A stretch of DNA of 64,000 nucleotides from an uncultured Lactobacillales bacterium (GCA_964414185.1 CAYPVK010000007.1:8366-72365); one strand, 5' to 3'. Counted from the first letter of the stretch, positions 19,702 to 30,935 are shown. The notes: a model not told the origin generated them from the sequence alone. A program made the numbers and translations.

Positions 19702-20163
19702 ATGAAAATGTTCAAGAAACTTATTACAATTGCTTTTATATCCGCTTCTTTTTCACTGGGCGCTTGCGGCTTGGAAACATATCAAAGCGGCGATTTGCCG
19801 TCCAATGCCCGATTGGAATCCGTCCAAATCGGGAAAAGCACCAAAGAACAAACATTGCGCATTTTGGGTGCTCCCGTTTATCAAAACGAACAACAAAATT
19901 TTTGGGTATACGGCAAAATTCGTAAGAAAAGCCAAGCTTTCATGGAACCCAAAGAATTTGAACGCGATATTTATGTCCTAACGTTTAATAACGAAAATGT
20001 TCTGAATCAAAAAGAACATTTGACCATGAAAGACGGGCATAACGTATCCTATGTATCGGCAACAACGCCGACAAAACATAAAGAATTATCGGTAACCGAG
20101 CAGCTGGTTAAAAATTTCGGCCGTTATGATGCCGGCGGACGCGACAGTACTGAGCGCAGATAA
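19702..20163 (+). CDS. bamE: Outer membrane assembly lipoprotein BamE (SmpA/OmlA)
   Basis: Lipobox SLGAC, GKSTKEQTLRILGAP, W.Y; divergent from DUF177 as usual in Alphaproteobacteria. Confidence 0.8.
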   Translation: MKMFKKLITIAFISASFSLGACGLETYQSGDLPSNARLESVQIGKSTKEQTLRILGAPVYQNEQQNFWVYGKIRKKSQAFMEPKEFERDIYVLTFNNENVLNQKEHLTMKDGHNVSYVSATTPTKHKELSVTEQLVKNFGRYDAGGRDSTERR

Positions 20164-20169
20164 TTCAAA

Positions 20170-20210
20170 GAAACAAAAAACGGATTTATAAAAAATCCGT
20201 TTTTTGTTTC
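20170..20210. terminator. Bidirectional intrinsic terminator
   Basis: GAAACAAAAAACGGATTT...AAATCCGTTTTTTGTTTC inverted repeat between convergent genes. Confidence 0.8.
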
Positions 20211-20223
20211 AAATATTTTAAAA

Positions 20224-20850
20224 TCAATACATCATTTCCATTCCATATTCTTTTTGCGGTGAAAACGCATAAGAAGCGATACGCGTTGGCGACACATTGT
20301 CGGAAGTGTTTCCGGAAACCGTTTTTGCCGATTGCGAACATATGCTTGCGTCATTTAAACGCCTTTGAATTTTTAAGCATTTTTTATTTACATATGCGTA
20401 AATTTTAAGGCTTTTGTCAAAACCGGAAATTTTTTGGCAGAAATGCTCGGCGAATTGCTTATAATCATAAGAAGACACAAAAGGCAATCCTTTTTGTTTT
20501 GAAGCCTTATCCGTACAAACGAGTGCAACCCCCTTCCCGATTGCCTTATACAAAGGATATTTCCCTTCGGGTGAAGATTCCAACAATTCGTACCACTTAA
20601 CAGAATGACGGCGGATACCGGCCTCTTTGCAAACTAAATCAAAGGCAATTTCTCCCAAATCATCCGTCGGCGTTTCACCATCGGGAATGCCGCTGCAGAT
20701 TCCGGCTCTGTAAGAAGATTTTTTTAATGCAACCCTATATTCCCGTTTTGCCGAAACATTTAAAAATTCATTTAAGGTTTGATAAAAAAAGAGTTTAACT
20801 TTAAGGCGTTCCTCTTCGGTAAGCCATTTATATAAAACAGATTGAGACAT
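20224..20850 (-). CDS. Hypothetical protein
   Basis: ~208-aa ORF after GGGGG RBS; no recognised motif. Confidence 0.6.
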   Translation of the reverse strand: MSQSVLYKWLTEEERLKVKLFFYQTLNEFLNVSAKREYRVALKKSSYRAGICSGIPDGETPTDDLGEIAFDLVCKEAGIRRHSVKWYELLESSPEGKYPLYKAIGKGVALVCTDKASKQKGLPFVSSYDYKQFAEHFCQKISGFDKSLKIYAYVNKKCLKIQRRLNDASICSQSAKTVSGNTSDNVSPTRIASYAFSPQKEYGMEMMY

Positions 20851-21100
20851 CGAAGCCCCCTTCAACAAAAAATTGCGGATGCAAGATGCTTATATCCCCG
20901 AGTCGTTAAATTGTCAACATATTATTATATTCTTTTGAAAAATTATGATTAAAAACAGCGGCAAAAAAGGGCTTAACTTTTTTTAAGCCCTTTATCTGTT
21001 CCAAAAAAACGACGGCGATCAGATTACCGATACGAATGATTTTTTATTTTGCCCCCGCTTTTAACAGGGGCATTATTTTTATAAGTTTGACAATCAAAAA

Positions 21101-23629
21101 TTATTTCAACAATCTTTCAACTGTTTCTCTTGAAATATCAGACAAAGTTTTATCGGCATAAACTTCATTCAAAACAGCCTTGGCCTGCTCTTGAACAGCG
21201 GGAGCAAACCGTTTGTATTTGGCAAATGCCGTAAACATGCGGCCGGCCAAATGCGGATTGAGTTTATCGACAATCATGATTTGTTCGGCAACAAAACGGT
21301 ATCCCGACCCGTCGGCTTTGTTAAACGCCGCCATATTGCCGGCAAAGGCTCCGATTAACCCGCGGACTTTATTCGGATTTTTATAATCGAATTTCGGGTG
21401 TTTCGTCAGATTTTTGACGTTTTCCAAAACATTTTTGGACGGTGACTGAGCTTGAACGGCGAACCATTTATTCAACACCAAATCATCGTTTTCATAACGG
21501 CGGTAGAACAAATCCAACGCTTCTTGTTCTTCGGGGCGTTCATTTTGAACCAACGTTACCAAAGATGACATTCTGTCGGTTAAATTATCGGCCGATTGAT
21601 ATTGGGCAAACGTCATCGGTGCCAATTCCGTCAAAGACAAATATCCCAACGCGACATTTTTAATCGCTCGTTTGGCCGCCGAGGCCGCATCGGGTGAAAA
21701 CGGCGCATCGGATTCATTTTCCCTATACAGTTTCAATAATGTATCTTTATATCTGACGGCAAACGCGCGGCGCATCAATTTGCGGACACGTTTGATTTCT
21801 TCAATATCGATAACGTCCATTTTTTCGGCAATTTCCTGTTCGCTCGGCAACATAACGGCTCGAGCGATAAAAGCTTTGTCAAGCCCGTCTTGTTCAAGGT
21901 AAGACCCCATCGTTTCAATAATGGATTCATCGGGCGTTTCTTGTTTATGGGCAACCATTTCCAACAAACGTTCCAAAACATATTGGCGCGCCACGTCAAA
22001 ACGATTGAACAAATCCGAATCCTTGGTCATCAAACGTTTGCGATCGTCATCGGAATATTTAATTTCCAACGTGATGGGCGATACAAAGAAACGGTTGATC
22101 GACAATGCCGGACGTTCCGAAATATTTTCAAACACGTATTCTTTTGACGGTTCATCAAAAATAATCGTGCCGGCTTTGATATCTTTGCCATCCGCACCGA
22201 CCAATCCGTACGGCAATGGAATGACAAACGGCTCCGTCGCCGTTTTATGCGTCTGAGTCAAACGTACTTTGAACGTTTTGGCTTGTTCATCATACGACGT
22301 TTCGGCTTTAACAAACGGACGGCCCGCGGTTGAATACCACCGTTTAAAGGCAGTTAAATCTTTACCCGATACATCTTCCATACATTTGACGAAATCATCA
22401 ATCGTTACGGCTTGTCCGTCATGACGTTTAAAGTACAAATCGCACCCTTGGCGGAACAATTCTTTGCCCAAAATAGCCTGTTGCATACGAATGACTTCGG
22501 CACCTTTGTTGTAAACGGTACCGGTGTAGAAGTTTTCAATTTCCTTATACGAATCGGGGCGCACGGAGTGCGCCAAAGGACCGTCGTCTTCGGGGAATTG
22601 ATAAGCGCGCAATTCCAAAACGTCGTCAATACGCCCGACGGCACGCGAACGTACGTCATAGCTGAATTCTTGATCGCGGAAAACAGTAAAGCCTTCCTTT
22701 AACGACAATTCAAACCATTGGCGCAATGTAACACGGTCACCGCTGTAGTTATGGAAATATTCGTGTCCGATAACACGTTCGACATATTCATATGTCGCAT
22801 CGGTTGCGGTATCTTTGCTTGCCAACAATGCGGCATCGTTGAAAATATTCAATGATTTGTTTTCCATAGCGCCGGCATTGAATTTTGAAACGGCAACGAT
22901 ATTGAACAAATCCAAATCATATTCCAAACCGAATGTCGTTTCATCCCAAGCCATCGCTAATTTCAGCGAATCCATCGCAAATTGCAGGCGGTCTTTTTTG
23001 CCTTGTTCGCAATACAGAGCCAAATCCACCGTTTTGCCGGACATGGTTGTAAACGTATCTTTAATCGAATCCAAATCACCCGCTACCAAAGCAAACAAAT
23101 AGCAAGGCTTGTTAAACGGGTCTTCCCATACGACGACATCGCCTTCATCTTTAATTTTATTGCCGTTGGACAACATAACGGGATATTTTTTACGGTCACC
23201 GCGGATTGTAACGGTAAATTTACTCGGCACATCCGAATGATCGGGATAATAAGTGATTGAACGGAACCCTTCCGGTTCGCATTGCGTACAAAACATACCG
23301 TCGGACATGTATAACCCCATCAGGCGCGTATTGGCTTCCGGATTAATTTCAACAGTTATTTCCAGTATGAAATTCGGCTTAGTTTTTTTCAAAGTTAACG
23401 TTGTATCGGTTAATTCATAATCGGCATCGGACACCTTTTGCCCGTCCATTTTCAATTCAAGCAATTTCATATATTGGCCGTTTAACACCAACGGTTTTGA
23501 CGTGTCACAATCTTCAAAAGCCAACCGGGCTTTGACGATTGTTTGCGTGGGGTTTAAAGTAAAATCCAAATCCGTTTTGGGGAGTTTGTAAAACGGAGCT
23601 TGATAATCTTTACGATATTTTAACGACAT
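21101..23629 (-). CDS. pepN: Aminopeptidase N
   Basis: GAMEN, HEYFH-x18-E, NPNKVR. Confidence 0.97.
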   Translation of the reverse strand: MSLKYRKDYQAPFYKLPKTDLDFTLNPTQTIVKARLAFEDCDTSKPLVLNGQYMKLLELKMDGQKVSDADYELTDTTLTLKKTKPNFILEITVEINPEANTRLMGLYMSDGMFCTQCEPEGFRSITYYPDHSDVPSKFTVTIRGDRKKYPVMLSNGNKIKDEGDVVVWEDPFNKPCYLFALVAGDLDSIKDTFTTMSGKTVDLALYCEQGKKDRLQFAMDSLKLAMAWDETTFGLEYDLDLFNIVAVSKFNAGAMENKSLNIFNDAALLASKDTATDATYEYVERVIGHEYFHNYSGDRVTLRQWFELSLKEGFTVFRDQEFSYDVRSRAVGRIDDVLELRAYQFPEDDGPLAHSVRPDSYKEIENFYTGTVYNKGAEVIRMQQAILGKELFRQGCDLYFKRHDGQAVTIDDFVKCMEDVSGKDLTAFKRWYSTAGRPFVKAETSYDEQAKTFKVRLTQTHKTATEPFVIPLPYGLVGADGKDIKAGTIIFDEPSKEYVFENISERPALSINRFFVSPITLEIKYSDDDRKRLMTKDSDLFNRFDVARQYVLERLLEMVAHKQETPDESIIETMGSYLEQDGLDKAFIARAVMLPSEQEIAEKMDVIDIEEIKRVRKLMRRAFAVRYKDTLLKLYRENESDAPFSPDAASAAKRAIKNVALGYLSLTELAPMTFAQYQSADNLTDRMSSLVTLVQNERPEEQEALDLFYRRYENDDLVLNKWFAVQAQSPSKNVLENVKNLTKHPKFDYKNPNKVRGLIGAFAGNMAAFNKADGSGYRFVAEQIMIVDKLNPHLAGRMFTAFAKYKRFAPAVQEQAKAVLNEVYADKTLSDISRETVERLLK

Positions 23630-23725
23630 TTTTTTAGCCTCTTCCTTTCTTTGTTTATAAAACCGTTATGCCTTTTTTGCATGGACCTTTATCGAATAAA
23701 ACAATAAAAGCATTATGAAATTTCT

Positions 23726-24427
23726 TTACTTTTTTTGAATATCCGCATTCTTTTGCGTTGCATTCTTCAAATTTTCCATCCAAAACGCAGCTTTTTCGGG
23801 GTTGGCGGGTACTTCTTTAAATCCGCCCGAATAAATGGCGACCAAACTTGTCATCGCGTTCACATTGCCTTTGGCGGCCGCATTTTCATACAACAAGATG
23901 ACTTTATCCATCGGAATATCATCCCCCATATAGCCACGTTCCACCCAAACGCCCAATCCGTAGAGCGCATCGGGGTAACCTTGCTTGGCCGCTTCATTCA
24001 TCCAAGCCATCGCTTTGGCACGATTTTCGGGGATTTTATCACCCGTATCATACATCAAAGCCAATTGATATTGAGCATCAACTATACCCGCGGCGGCGGC
24101 TTTTTCCAAAAACAGTACAGCCTTTTTATAAGAAGGCGCGGCCTTTTGAATATTGTCTTTGAACTTTTGCCCTTCGGTCAAATACATCTGTCCCAAATAA
24201 TAAGCCGACGTTATGACGGCATCTTTGTCTTCCGATTCGTTGGCCATTAAAAAATACCGTTCGGCTTTTCGAATACGCCCGTCTTCCAAAGCCCCAATCG
24301 CCGCTTGTAATTGTTCGGAAGGTGTCATAAAGAAATCTTTTAAAGTTACGGCACCGATTCCGATTACGGATAAAATGATTAAAATAAAAACAAGTGTCGT
24401 CAAGCCGGATATTTTTTTCTTTTTCAT
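23726..24427 (-). CDS. Sel1-repeat protein with N-terminal TM anchor
   Basis: AQYQLALMY..G, KAMAWMNEAAKQG, ALYGLG..V.RG repeats. Confidence 0.85.
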   Translation of the reverse strand: MKKKKISGLTTLVFILIILSVIGIGAVTLKDFFMTPSEQLQAAIGALEDGRIRKAERYFLMANESEDKDAVITSAYYLGQMYLTEGQKFKDNIQKAAPSYKKAVLFLEKAAAAGIVDAQYQLALMYDTGDKIPENRAKAMAWMNEAAKQGYPDALYGLGVWVERGYMGDDIPMDKVILLYENAAAKGNVNAMTSLVAIYSGGFKEVPANPEKAAFWMENLKNATQKNADIQKK

Positions 24428-24545
24428 GGTATTTCCCTTTACAAATGTGTCTGATATGATGTACTATCAAAACCGCATCGACGGTTAGCCGCGAAGGATT
24501 TCAATTTTTTTCATACATACAGATATACTAAAAGGATTTTTCACG

Positions 24546-25835
24546 TTGCGCAAGGCTTTTTATTATAAAAATTACGAATTTGATGCAAAAACGGGCATAC
24601 TTTTATTTCAATACGAAAGCATGGGATATAAATTTAATGAAACAATCACATTCCCGGGAGCTCCGTTTACGTTGACCCAAGCACAAAAAAAAGCGTTGGA
24701 TTTGATTTTCTTATACGCCCATATTGCCTTCGGCATCAGTTATTATAAAGCGTTTTTAAATCCAGAAGTTGTTCTTGAAAGCGGCGCTTTGACGAAAGAA
24801 GAAGCGAACTTTTTTAATACGTTCTACATAAACGGGTTGGGTGAATTTTCCGTAAAAAATAATGTGGATATCCGTATCGCGTTTCCTTATCAAGAGATAC
24901 AGCGCGAAAAATTTCAATTCAATTTGAAAAATCGCGCTTTGATTCCGGTCGGCGGCGGCAAAGATTCGTGCGTAACGATTGAATTGTTACGAGCGACGGG
25001 AAAACAAACGGCGGCCATTTCGCTCGGCAATCCGCGCCCGATTCAAGACTGTGTCCGAGCGGCGCAAATCCCACATATCGTCATGACACGCAAAATTTCA
25101 CCGGTTTTGTTGGAATTAAATCAATTCGGGCAAGTTTTAAACGGGCATGTACCCATTACGGGTTTGATTTCATTTTTATTATGGGCAGCGGCCGTTTTGT
25201 ATGATTACAAATACGTGGCAATGTCTTGCGAACGGTCGGCCAACAGCGGTAATATGGTTAAAAACGGGCGCACCATTAACCATCAATACAGCAAATCATT
25301 GGATTACGAACGCGATTTTTATGTACTGACAAGTGCTGTACATCCCGAATTCAGATATTTTTCGTTATTGCGCCCTTATTCGGAAGCGCATATCGCGAAA
25401 TTGTTTGCCTGTCTTTGTAAACCTTATTTTGACGTATTTACCAGTTGCAACAAAGCTTTTAAATTAGATGCGACCAAACGGTTGGACAGATGGTGCGGCA
25501 TGTGCGACAAATGCCGTTTCGTATTTTTGATTTTGGCGCCGTTTATGGATAAAGACAAACTTATCGAAATCGTCGGAAACAATCCGCTTAATGACATATC
25601 ACAATTAAACGGGTATAAAGAATTGTTGGGCCTGAGCGGGCATAAGCCTTTTGAATGCGTCGGCGAAACGACCGAATGCCGATGGGCTATGGCCGAATTG
25701 GGGGCCGACCCCAAATGGCAAAATGATGCGGTTGTATCGGCGTTAAGCAAAAAAATAGAATCAAATGAATCGGATATTTTTACCCCTTCAACAACTCATT
25801 TAATTCCGGGAGAATACAAAAATGCACTTCAATGA
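24546..25835 (+). CDS. murL: UDP-MurNAc-L-Ala-L-Glu epimerase
   Basis: ISYYKA, GLGEF, PVGGGKDS, NGHVPIT, NHQYSKS, WCG.CDKC, HKPFECVGE; overlaps a murD-like gene. Confidence 0.85.
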   Translation: MRKAFYYKNYEFDAKTGILLFQYESMGYKFNETITFPGAPFTLTQAQKKALDLIFLYAHIAFGISYYKAFLNPEVVLESGALTKEEANFFNTFYINGLGEFSVKNNVDIRIAFPYQEIQREKFQFNLKNRALIPVGGGKDSCVTIELLRATGKQTAAISLGNPRPIQDCVRAAQIPHIVMTRKISPVLLELNQFGQVLNGHVPITGLISFLLWAAAVLYDYKYVAMSCERSANSGNMVKNGRTINHQYSKSLDYERDFYVLTSAVHPEFRYFSLLRPYSEAHIAKLFACLCKPYFDVFTSCNKAFKLDATKRLDRWCGMCDKCRFVFLILAPFMDKDKLIEIVGNNPLNDISQLNGYKELLGLSGHKPFECVGETTECRWAMAELGADPKWQNDAVVSALSKKIESNESDIFTPSTTHLIPGEYKNALQ

Positions 25836-27021
25836 ATTTAAAGGCAAAACCGTCGGCATTTGGGGAATGGGCAAAGAAGGCTTTGCCGCGAAAAAAGCGC
25901 TTGAAAAATACGCATCTCCCCAAAATATCCTAGAAATCGAAGAAGACAATTTAAATGATTTAAACAAATGCGATATTGTGATAAAATCGCCGGGTGTATC
26001 TTTATATCGTCCCGAAATTGAACGGTTGCGCGAAAAAGGCGTTGCCGTTACCTCGGGTACAAATATTTTTCTGTCAAACCATAACCCTGATCAAAAAATC
26101 ATTGCCGTCACGGGGACAAAGGGCAAAAGCACAACTTCTTCCTTATTATACCATGTATTAACAAAATTAGGCATAAAGGCGGCATTGGGCGGCAATATCG
26201 GCGTCCCACTGTTGGCATTATCTAAAACGCGTGCCGATATTGTTATAGCCGAATTGTCATCGTATCAATGCGCGGATATAAACGGCAAAATTGATTTGGC
26301 GGTTTTGGTCAATTTATATCCCGAACATTTGCCGTGGCACAAAACACATGAACGGTATTATTCGGATAAGCTCCATATGGTCGGACAAGCCGATATATGC
26401 TTTTTAAATGCACAAGACGCCAATACAAAAATATTTGCGAACAATCCCGACATTTTAAAAAAAGCCGTGTATTTTAACGAACACCCTTTAACGTTGCCGA
26501 ATTTCCCGCTGAAAGGCGAACATAACTTGCAAAACGCGTCGGCAGTGTTAAGGGTAATTGAAGTATTGGGATTGGATGTTCATCAAGCAATCCGCGCCAT
26601 GCAAAGCTTTCAATCCTTGCCGCATCGGTTGGACATTATCGGGAAAATAGATGGCATTACCTATGTGGATGACAGTATTTCGACAACGCCCGAAACGGCG
26701 ATTGCCGCGATGGAAGCGTTTAAGGGTACCCCTATAACTTTAATCATGGGCGGCCAAGACCGCGGCCAAGATTACAATGCATTGGCCGCTTATACCAAAG
26801 CACATAATGTTTGCGTTGTTACATTGCCCGATACGGGAAGACGTATGGACACATTGGCAGATACTTATCGTGCTAATAACATGAAAGAAGCGGTAACCAT
26901 TGCCAAACAGCAAACACCTGCGGGCGGGATTGTGTTATTATCTCCCGCCGCGCCCAGTTATAACATGTACAAAAATTTTGAAGCGCGCGGAGAAGATTTT
27001 AAAAAGTGTGTTTTTGAATAA
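25822..27021 (+). CDS. murD: UDP-MurNAc-L-Ala:glutamate ligase (MurD2 type)
   Basis: KSPGV, TGTKGKSTT, ELSSYQ, EHL.WH, DDSISTTP, LLSPAAPSY; coupled to murL. Confidence 0.85.
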   Translation: MHFNEFKGKTVGIWGMGKEGFAAKKALEKYASPQNILEIEEDNLNDLNKCDIVIKSPGVSLYRPEIERLREKGVAVTSGTNIFLSNHNPDQKIIAVTGTKGKSTTSSLLYHVLTKLGIKAALGGNIGVPLLALSKTRADIVIAELSSYQCADINGKIDLAVLVNLYPEHLPWHKTHERYYSDKLHMVGQADICFLNAQDANTKIFANNPDILKKAVYFNEHPLTLPNFPLKGEHNLQNASAVLRVIEVLGLDVHQAIRAMQSFQSLPHRLDIIGKIDGITYVDDSISTTPETAIAAMEAFKGTPITLIMGGQDRGQDYNALAAYTKAHNVCVVTLPDTGRRMDTLADTYRANNMKEAVTIAKQQTPAGGIVLLSPAAPSYNMYKNFEARGEDFKKCVFE

Positions 27022-27110
27022 TTGTTATCCGCAATATCGAAAACAATTACAAAAAAACGCCGACGGAAAAATTTCGTGCGGCGTTTTTGTTATAAATCAT
27101 ATTTTTGATA

Positions 27111-27944
27111 TTATTCGGACAATTTAAAAGCCCCCAACAATTCGGCGGATTGCACCGCATTTTTCGGGTTAATCATTGCATTATGGCTATAACCCGCATC
27201 CACGTGGATAATTTCACCCGTAACACCTGATGCCAAATCGCTGAGCAAATACAAACCTGTTCCGCCGACGTCTTCAATTGTTACATTGCGGCACAAAGCG
27301 GAATTGTTTTGTGTCCACCCCAAGATTTGGCGGAAATCGCCGATACCGGCCGCGGCCAAAGTCCGAATCGGGCCGGCCGAAATGGCGTTAACACGAATGT
27401 TTTGATGACCCAGGTCAAAGGCAATGTAATGAATGGAAGCTTCCAAAGCGGCCTTTGCCACACCCATCACATTATAGTTCGGCAAGTATCTTTCCGCGCC
27501 CAAATAAGTCAATGTCAACAACGAACCACCATCCGTCATTAAATCGGCGGCGCGTTTACATACGTCCGTGAATGAAAAGCAAGAAATCAACATTGAATTT
27601 GAAAAGTTCGCAGCCGTTGTATCGACATAACGCCCTTTAAGTTCGTTTTTATCGGAAAAAGCGATTGCGTGGACGACAAAATCAATTTTGCCCCATTTTT
27701 CTTTGATGGTCGCAAAAAGGTTGTCCATGCTGACGGGATCGGTCACATCACAAGGAATCAATGTATCGACTCCGACGGAAGCGGCCAAAGGTTGTACACG
27801 TTTCAACAAAGCTTCACCTTGATACGTGAACGCCATTTCGGCACCGGCATCGGCCAATTGTTTTGCAATCCCCCAAGCAATCGAATGATCGTTGGCGACG
27901 CCCATAATCAACCCCTTTTTACCCTTCATCAAGCCACAAGTCAT
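27111..27944 (-). CDS. fabI: Enoyl-ACP reductase
   Basis: GVANDHSIAWGIA, YNVMGVAKAALE, SAGPIRTLA. Confidence 0.95.
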   Translation of the reverse strand: MTCGLMKGKKGLIMGVANDHSIAWGIAKQLADAGAEMAFTYQGEALLKRVQPLAASVGVDTLIPCDVTDPVSMDNLFATIKEKWGKIDFVVHAIAFSDKNELKGRYVDTTAANFSNSMLISCFSFTDVCKRAADLMTDGGSLLTLTYLGAERYLPNYNVMGVAKAALEASIHYIAFDLGHQNIRVNAISAGPIRTLAAAGIGDFRQILGWTQNNSALCRNVTIEDVGGTGLYLLSDLASGVTGEIIHVDAGYSHNAMINPKNAVQSAELLGAFKLSE

Positions 27945-28295
27945 TTAATTTTCCTTTCTTAAGCTATCTTATGATACAAGTATTAAGTATATAATACATA
28001 TTTTAGACAAAATTGCAAATGACACTTTTATGACAATCGTGAAATTTATAATTAATTCAGGCATCCATAGTTTAAAAATTCATTTGCTTTTTTGTTTAAA
28101 ACAAGTTAGCCTGTTAAAACAGAGTGTTAAGAAGAGTAAACTATGATCAATCTCTCGCGCTTTTATCGGCATTTTTATTGTCGGCAGATTATATGATGAA
28201 TTTTCGGGACATCCGCTTTGTAAACGGCAAAAATTATATTTAAACAATTAATTTAATTACATTAAACAACCTATTAAATAAGAAAGAAAAATTAA

Positions 28296-28724
28296 ATGTC
28301 TAAAATTGCTCAATATATACGTCCGTTAGCACTTGGCGTCATTTTAAAAGACGGTAAAATTTTGGCGGTTCGCGAATTTGACCGAAAGAAAAACGAAACT
28401 TTTTACCGTTTGCTCGGCGGCGGAATTGAATTTTGCGAAACGGGAAAGGATGCTTTAAAACGCGAATTTATGGAAGAACTCGGGGTTGAAATTAATGTTA
28501 AAAAACGTTTGGGCGTCCTTGAAAACCTGTTCACGTTCGAAAATCAACAAGGGCATGAAATTTGTTTGCTTTACAGTATGGAATTTAGTGATAAAAATGT
28601 ATCCGAAAAAGAAAAGCTGCCGATGATTGAACCGCAACATGCGGGTAAAGTTGCCGAATATGTCGATGTTAATACGCCGCATATTTATCCTAACGGATGG
28701 CAAGAATATATTATGCAAGCTTAA
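28296..28724 (+). CDS. NUDIX hydrolase
   Basis: GGGIEFCETGKDALKREFMEELG Nudix box. Confidence 0.9.
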   Translation: MSKIAQYIRPLALGVILKDGKILAVREFDRKKNETFYRLLGGGIEFCETGKDALKREFMEELGVEINVKKRLGVLENLFTFENQQGHEICLLYSMEFSDKNVSEKEKLPMIEPQHAGKVAEYVDVNTPHIYPNGWQEYIMQA

Positions 28725-28812
28725 ACTCTTGCCAAAAGACGCCATACGCTTTTTTTAAATTTATTAAGGATATATTCTATAAAAAAACTTAAGCATTGTT
28801 GTTTTTATACCG

Positions 28813-29868
28813 CTACATCGTTCCTTTGGCTGATTTCAACTGCCCGCAAGCGGCCATAATGTCCTCCCCGCGCGATTTGCGAATGGGGGCGGCAAAATAT
28901 TTGCCTTCCAAAAATCTGGAAAATTTATGGATTGTATTACTGCTGGACGGTTCAAACGGCGCACCGTTCCAAGGATGAAACGGAATTAAATTAAATTTGA
29001 CTTCCAACCCTTTAACCAAACGGACTAATTCTTCGGCACATTCCAATGAATCGTTGACGCCTTTCAACATTACATATTCCATTGTGATAAATTGACGTTT
29101 TTGTGAACGAGCCTGATATTCCTTACAAGCATCTATTAATTTTGCCAATGGGAATTTTTTGTTAATCGGCATAATAGACGAGCGAATTTCATCATTCGGC
29201 GCATGTAAACTGACCGCCAATTTAACGCCCAAATCGGCTAAAAGCGGAATTTTATCCGCAACACCTGCCGTTGAAACGGTAATTTTGCGTTTGGACAAAC
29301 CGATACCGTCGGGTGCTTTTAACAACTCAATTGCCTTTGCGACATTTTCAAAATTATACAAGGGTTCGCCCATCCCCATAAATACAACGTTTGACAAACG
29401 ACGCGTGTCATCGGTCGGCGTCGGCCATTCGCCGTAACTGTCCCGCGCCGCCATAAATTGCCCGACAATTTCGCCGGCCGTTAAATTGCGCATCATTTTT
29501 TGCGTGCCCGTATGGCAAAATTTACACCCTTGAGCACATCCGACTTGAGAAGATACACATACGGCACCGCTGTCTTCTTGCGGGATATAAACGGTTTCGA
29601 CTTGTTTGCCGTCGGCAAATTCCATCAACCATTTGCGCGTCGTGTCGATTGAGGTTTGTTCGGTTATGATTTTCGGATGCACCGCAGTGTAATGTTCATC
29701 TAATTTTGCACGAAAATCTTTTGCCAATGACGTCATTTTTTGAAAATCACTTTGACCTTGGTAATATAGCCAATGCCACAGCTGTTTTGTTCTGAACGGC
29801 TTTTCGCCAATGCTGACAAGTTCGGCATTTAATTCGTCAAAAGTCAAGCCGATAAGATTTTTTTTCAT
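28813..29868 (-). CDS. rlmN: 23S rRNA/tRNA m2A methyltransferase
   Basis: SSQVGCAQGCKFC, FMGMGEPL, IMAACGQL. Confidence 0.95.
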   Translation of the reverse strand: MKKNLIGLTFDELNAELVSIGEKPFRTKQLWHWLYYQGQSDFQKMTSLAKDFRAKLDEHYTAVHPKIITEQTSIDTTRKWLMEFADGKQVETVYIPQEDSGAVCVSSQVGCAQGCKFCHTGTQKMMRNLTAGEIVGQFMAARDSYGEWPTPTDDTRRLSNVVFMGMGEPLYNFENVAKAIELLKAPDGIGLSKRKITVSTAGVADKIPLLADLGVKLAVSLHAPNDEIRSSIMPINKKFPLAKLIDACKEYQARSQKRQFITMEYVMLKGVNDSLECAEELVRLVKGLEVKFNLIPFHPWNGAPFEPSSSNTIHKFSRFLEGKYFAAPIRKSRGEDIMAACGQLKSAKGTM

Positions 29869-29877
29869 ACCGCCCCC

Positions 29878-30396
29878 TTATCTGCCGCAAGCTTCATTGA
29901 TGGCTTCATACGCTTTTGTAAAGCCTTTCAACGAAAAAGTATCTGTGATTTTGGTACCACGCACGGATTGCCCATAAGCAATCGCATTGGATCCTTTAAT
30001 CATGTCTTGGACTAACTTTTTATCGGTAGCGGCCTCTTTGACCCAAGCCATATCTTTGACGGCTTCCAAATTGACCGTTTTGCGGTTGTCCACACGCAGT
30101 GTCGGCTTTGTCCCTTTTTTATAGGTAAAGCCGGCTTGAATACTTACCACATCATAAGATTTATCGTTCGGGCGGTGCGTAACAGATAAAAATACATCTC
30201 CGCGATATGTATATTTGCCTGCCGATTTGGTTGGTTCAGCCGCCATATAACAGACTTTGCCGTCCGTTTCTTGGAATGAATAGGCCGTCCAAGAATGGAA
30301 AGTGCCCAATATCGTTAAATCGGGCGGGGTCGCCGATGCATTTTTTACGAAAGTAAAAAGACAAGCAACACACAACCCCCAAATAACTTTTTTCAT
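29878..30396 (-). CDS. Invasion-associated locus B (IalB)-family exported protein
   Basis: Signal peptide, F.SW.AY, VCY, VTHRP, DTFSLKGFTKAYEAI...C; lies before rlmN as in other Alphaproteobacteria. Confidence 0.75.
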   Translation of the reverse strand: MKKVIWGLCVACLFTFVKNASATPPDLTILGTFHSWTAYSFQETDGKVCYMAAEPTKSAGKYTYRGDVFLSVTHRPNDKSYDVVSIQAGFTYKKGTKPTLRVDNRKTVNLEAVKDMAWVKEAATDKKLVQDMIKGSNAIAYGQSVRGTKITDTFSLKGFTKAYEAINEACGR

Positions 30397-30511
30397 CCCT
30401 TTGCTCCTTTAGCGTTTTTTTAAAAGTCTAGCCCATCCCCCAATAAAAGGCAAGACTTTTTTAAAACCTTAAAGCAAACGGCGACCGAACCGTCTCGGTC
30501 AAACAAAGGAA

Positions 30512-30805
30512 TTATTCTGCTTCACATCCGTTGCCTTCAATAGCCCAGCTTGCCACTTGGCCATTGATAATCGTAAAGACTGTTTCGCAGTATTTATTGC
30601 TTCCTTTATCTGTAATTCCGTCTTTTAAATATGACACATACCGAGCCGTCAATGTGTCATATGTTTTCGTCGGCACACCCCATTGGCCGATTAAACGGCT
30701 TTCCGGATAGCCGATAAAACCATCCAATTTGGCTTCATATTTTTCGCGTGTCGCACATGATGCCACCATCAACACCATCGCCAACGCACATAAAATTTTT
30801 TTCAT
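30512..30805 (-). CDS. Hypothetical lipoprotein
   Basis: Lipobox VASC, WGVP motif, paired Cys. Confidence 0.7.
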   Translation of the reverse strand: MKKILCALAMVLMVASCATREKYEAKLDGFIGYPESRLIGQWGVPTKTYDTLTARYVSYLKDGITDKGSNKYCETVFTIINGQVASWAIEGNGCEAE

Positions 30806-30935
30806 TTAAGTCTCCCCCTTTTGACTTATAATAAGTTCTTCAAATCTTCAGTTAGGCATGCTTTTGCCGAATAACAAGGGGAAACGATAAAATCTGTAAA
30901 TAAGTATGTCTTTTACAATCAAAAACAACACAAAA

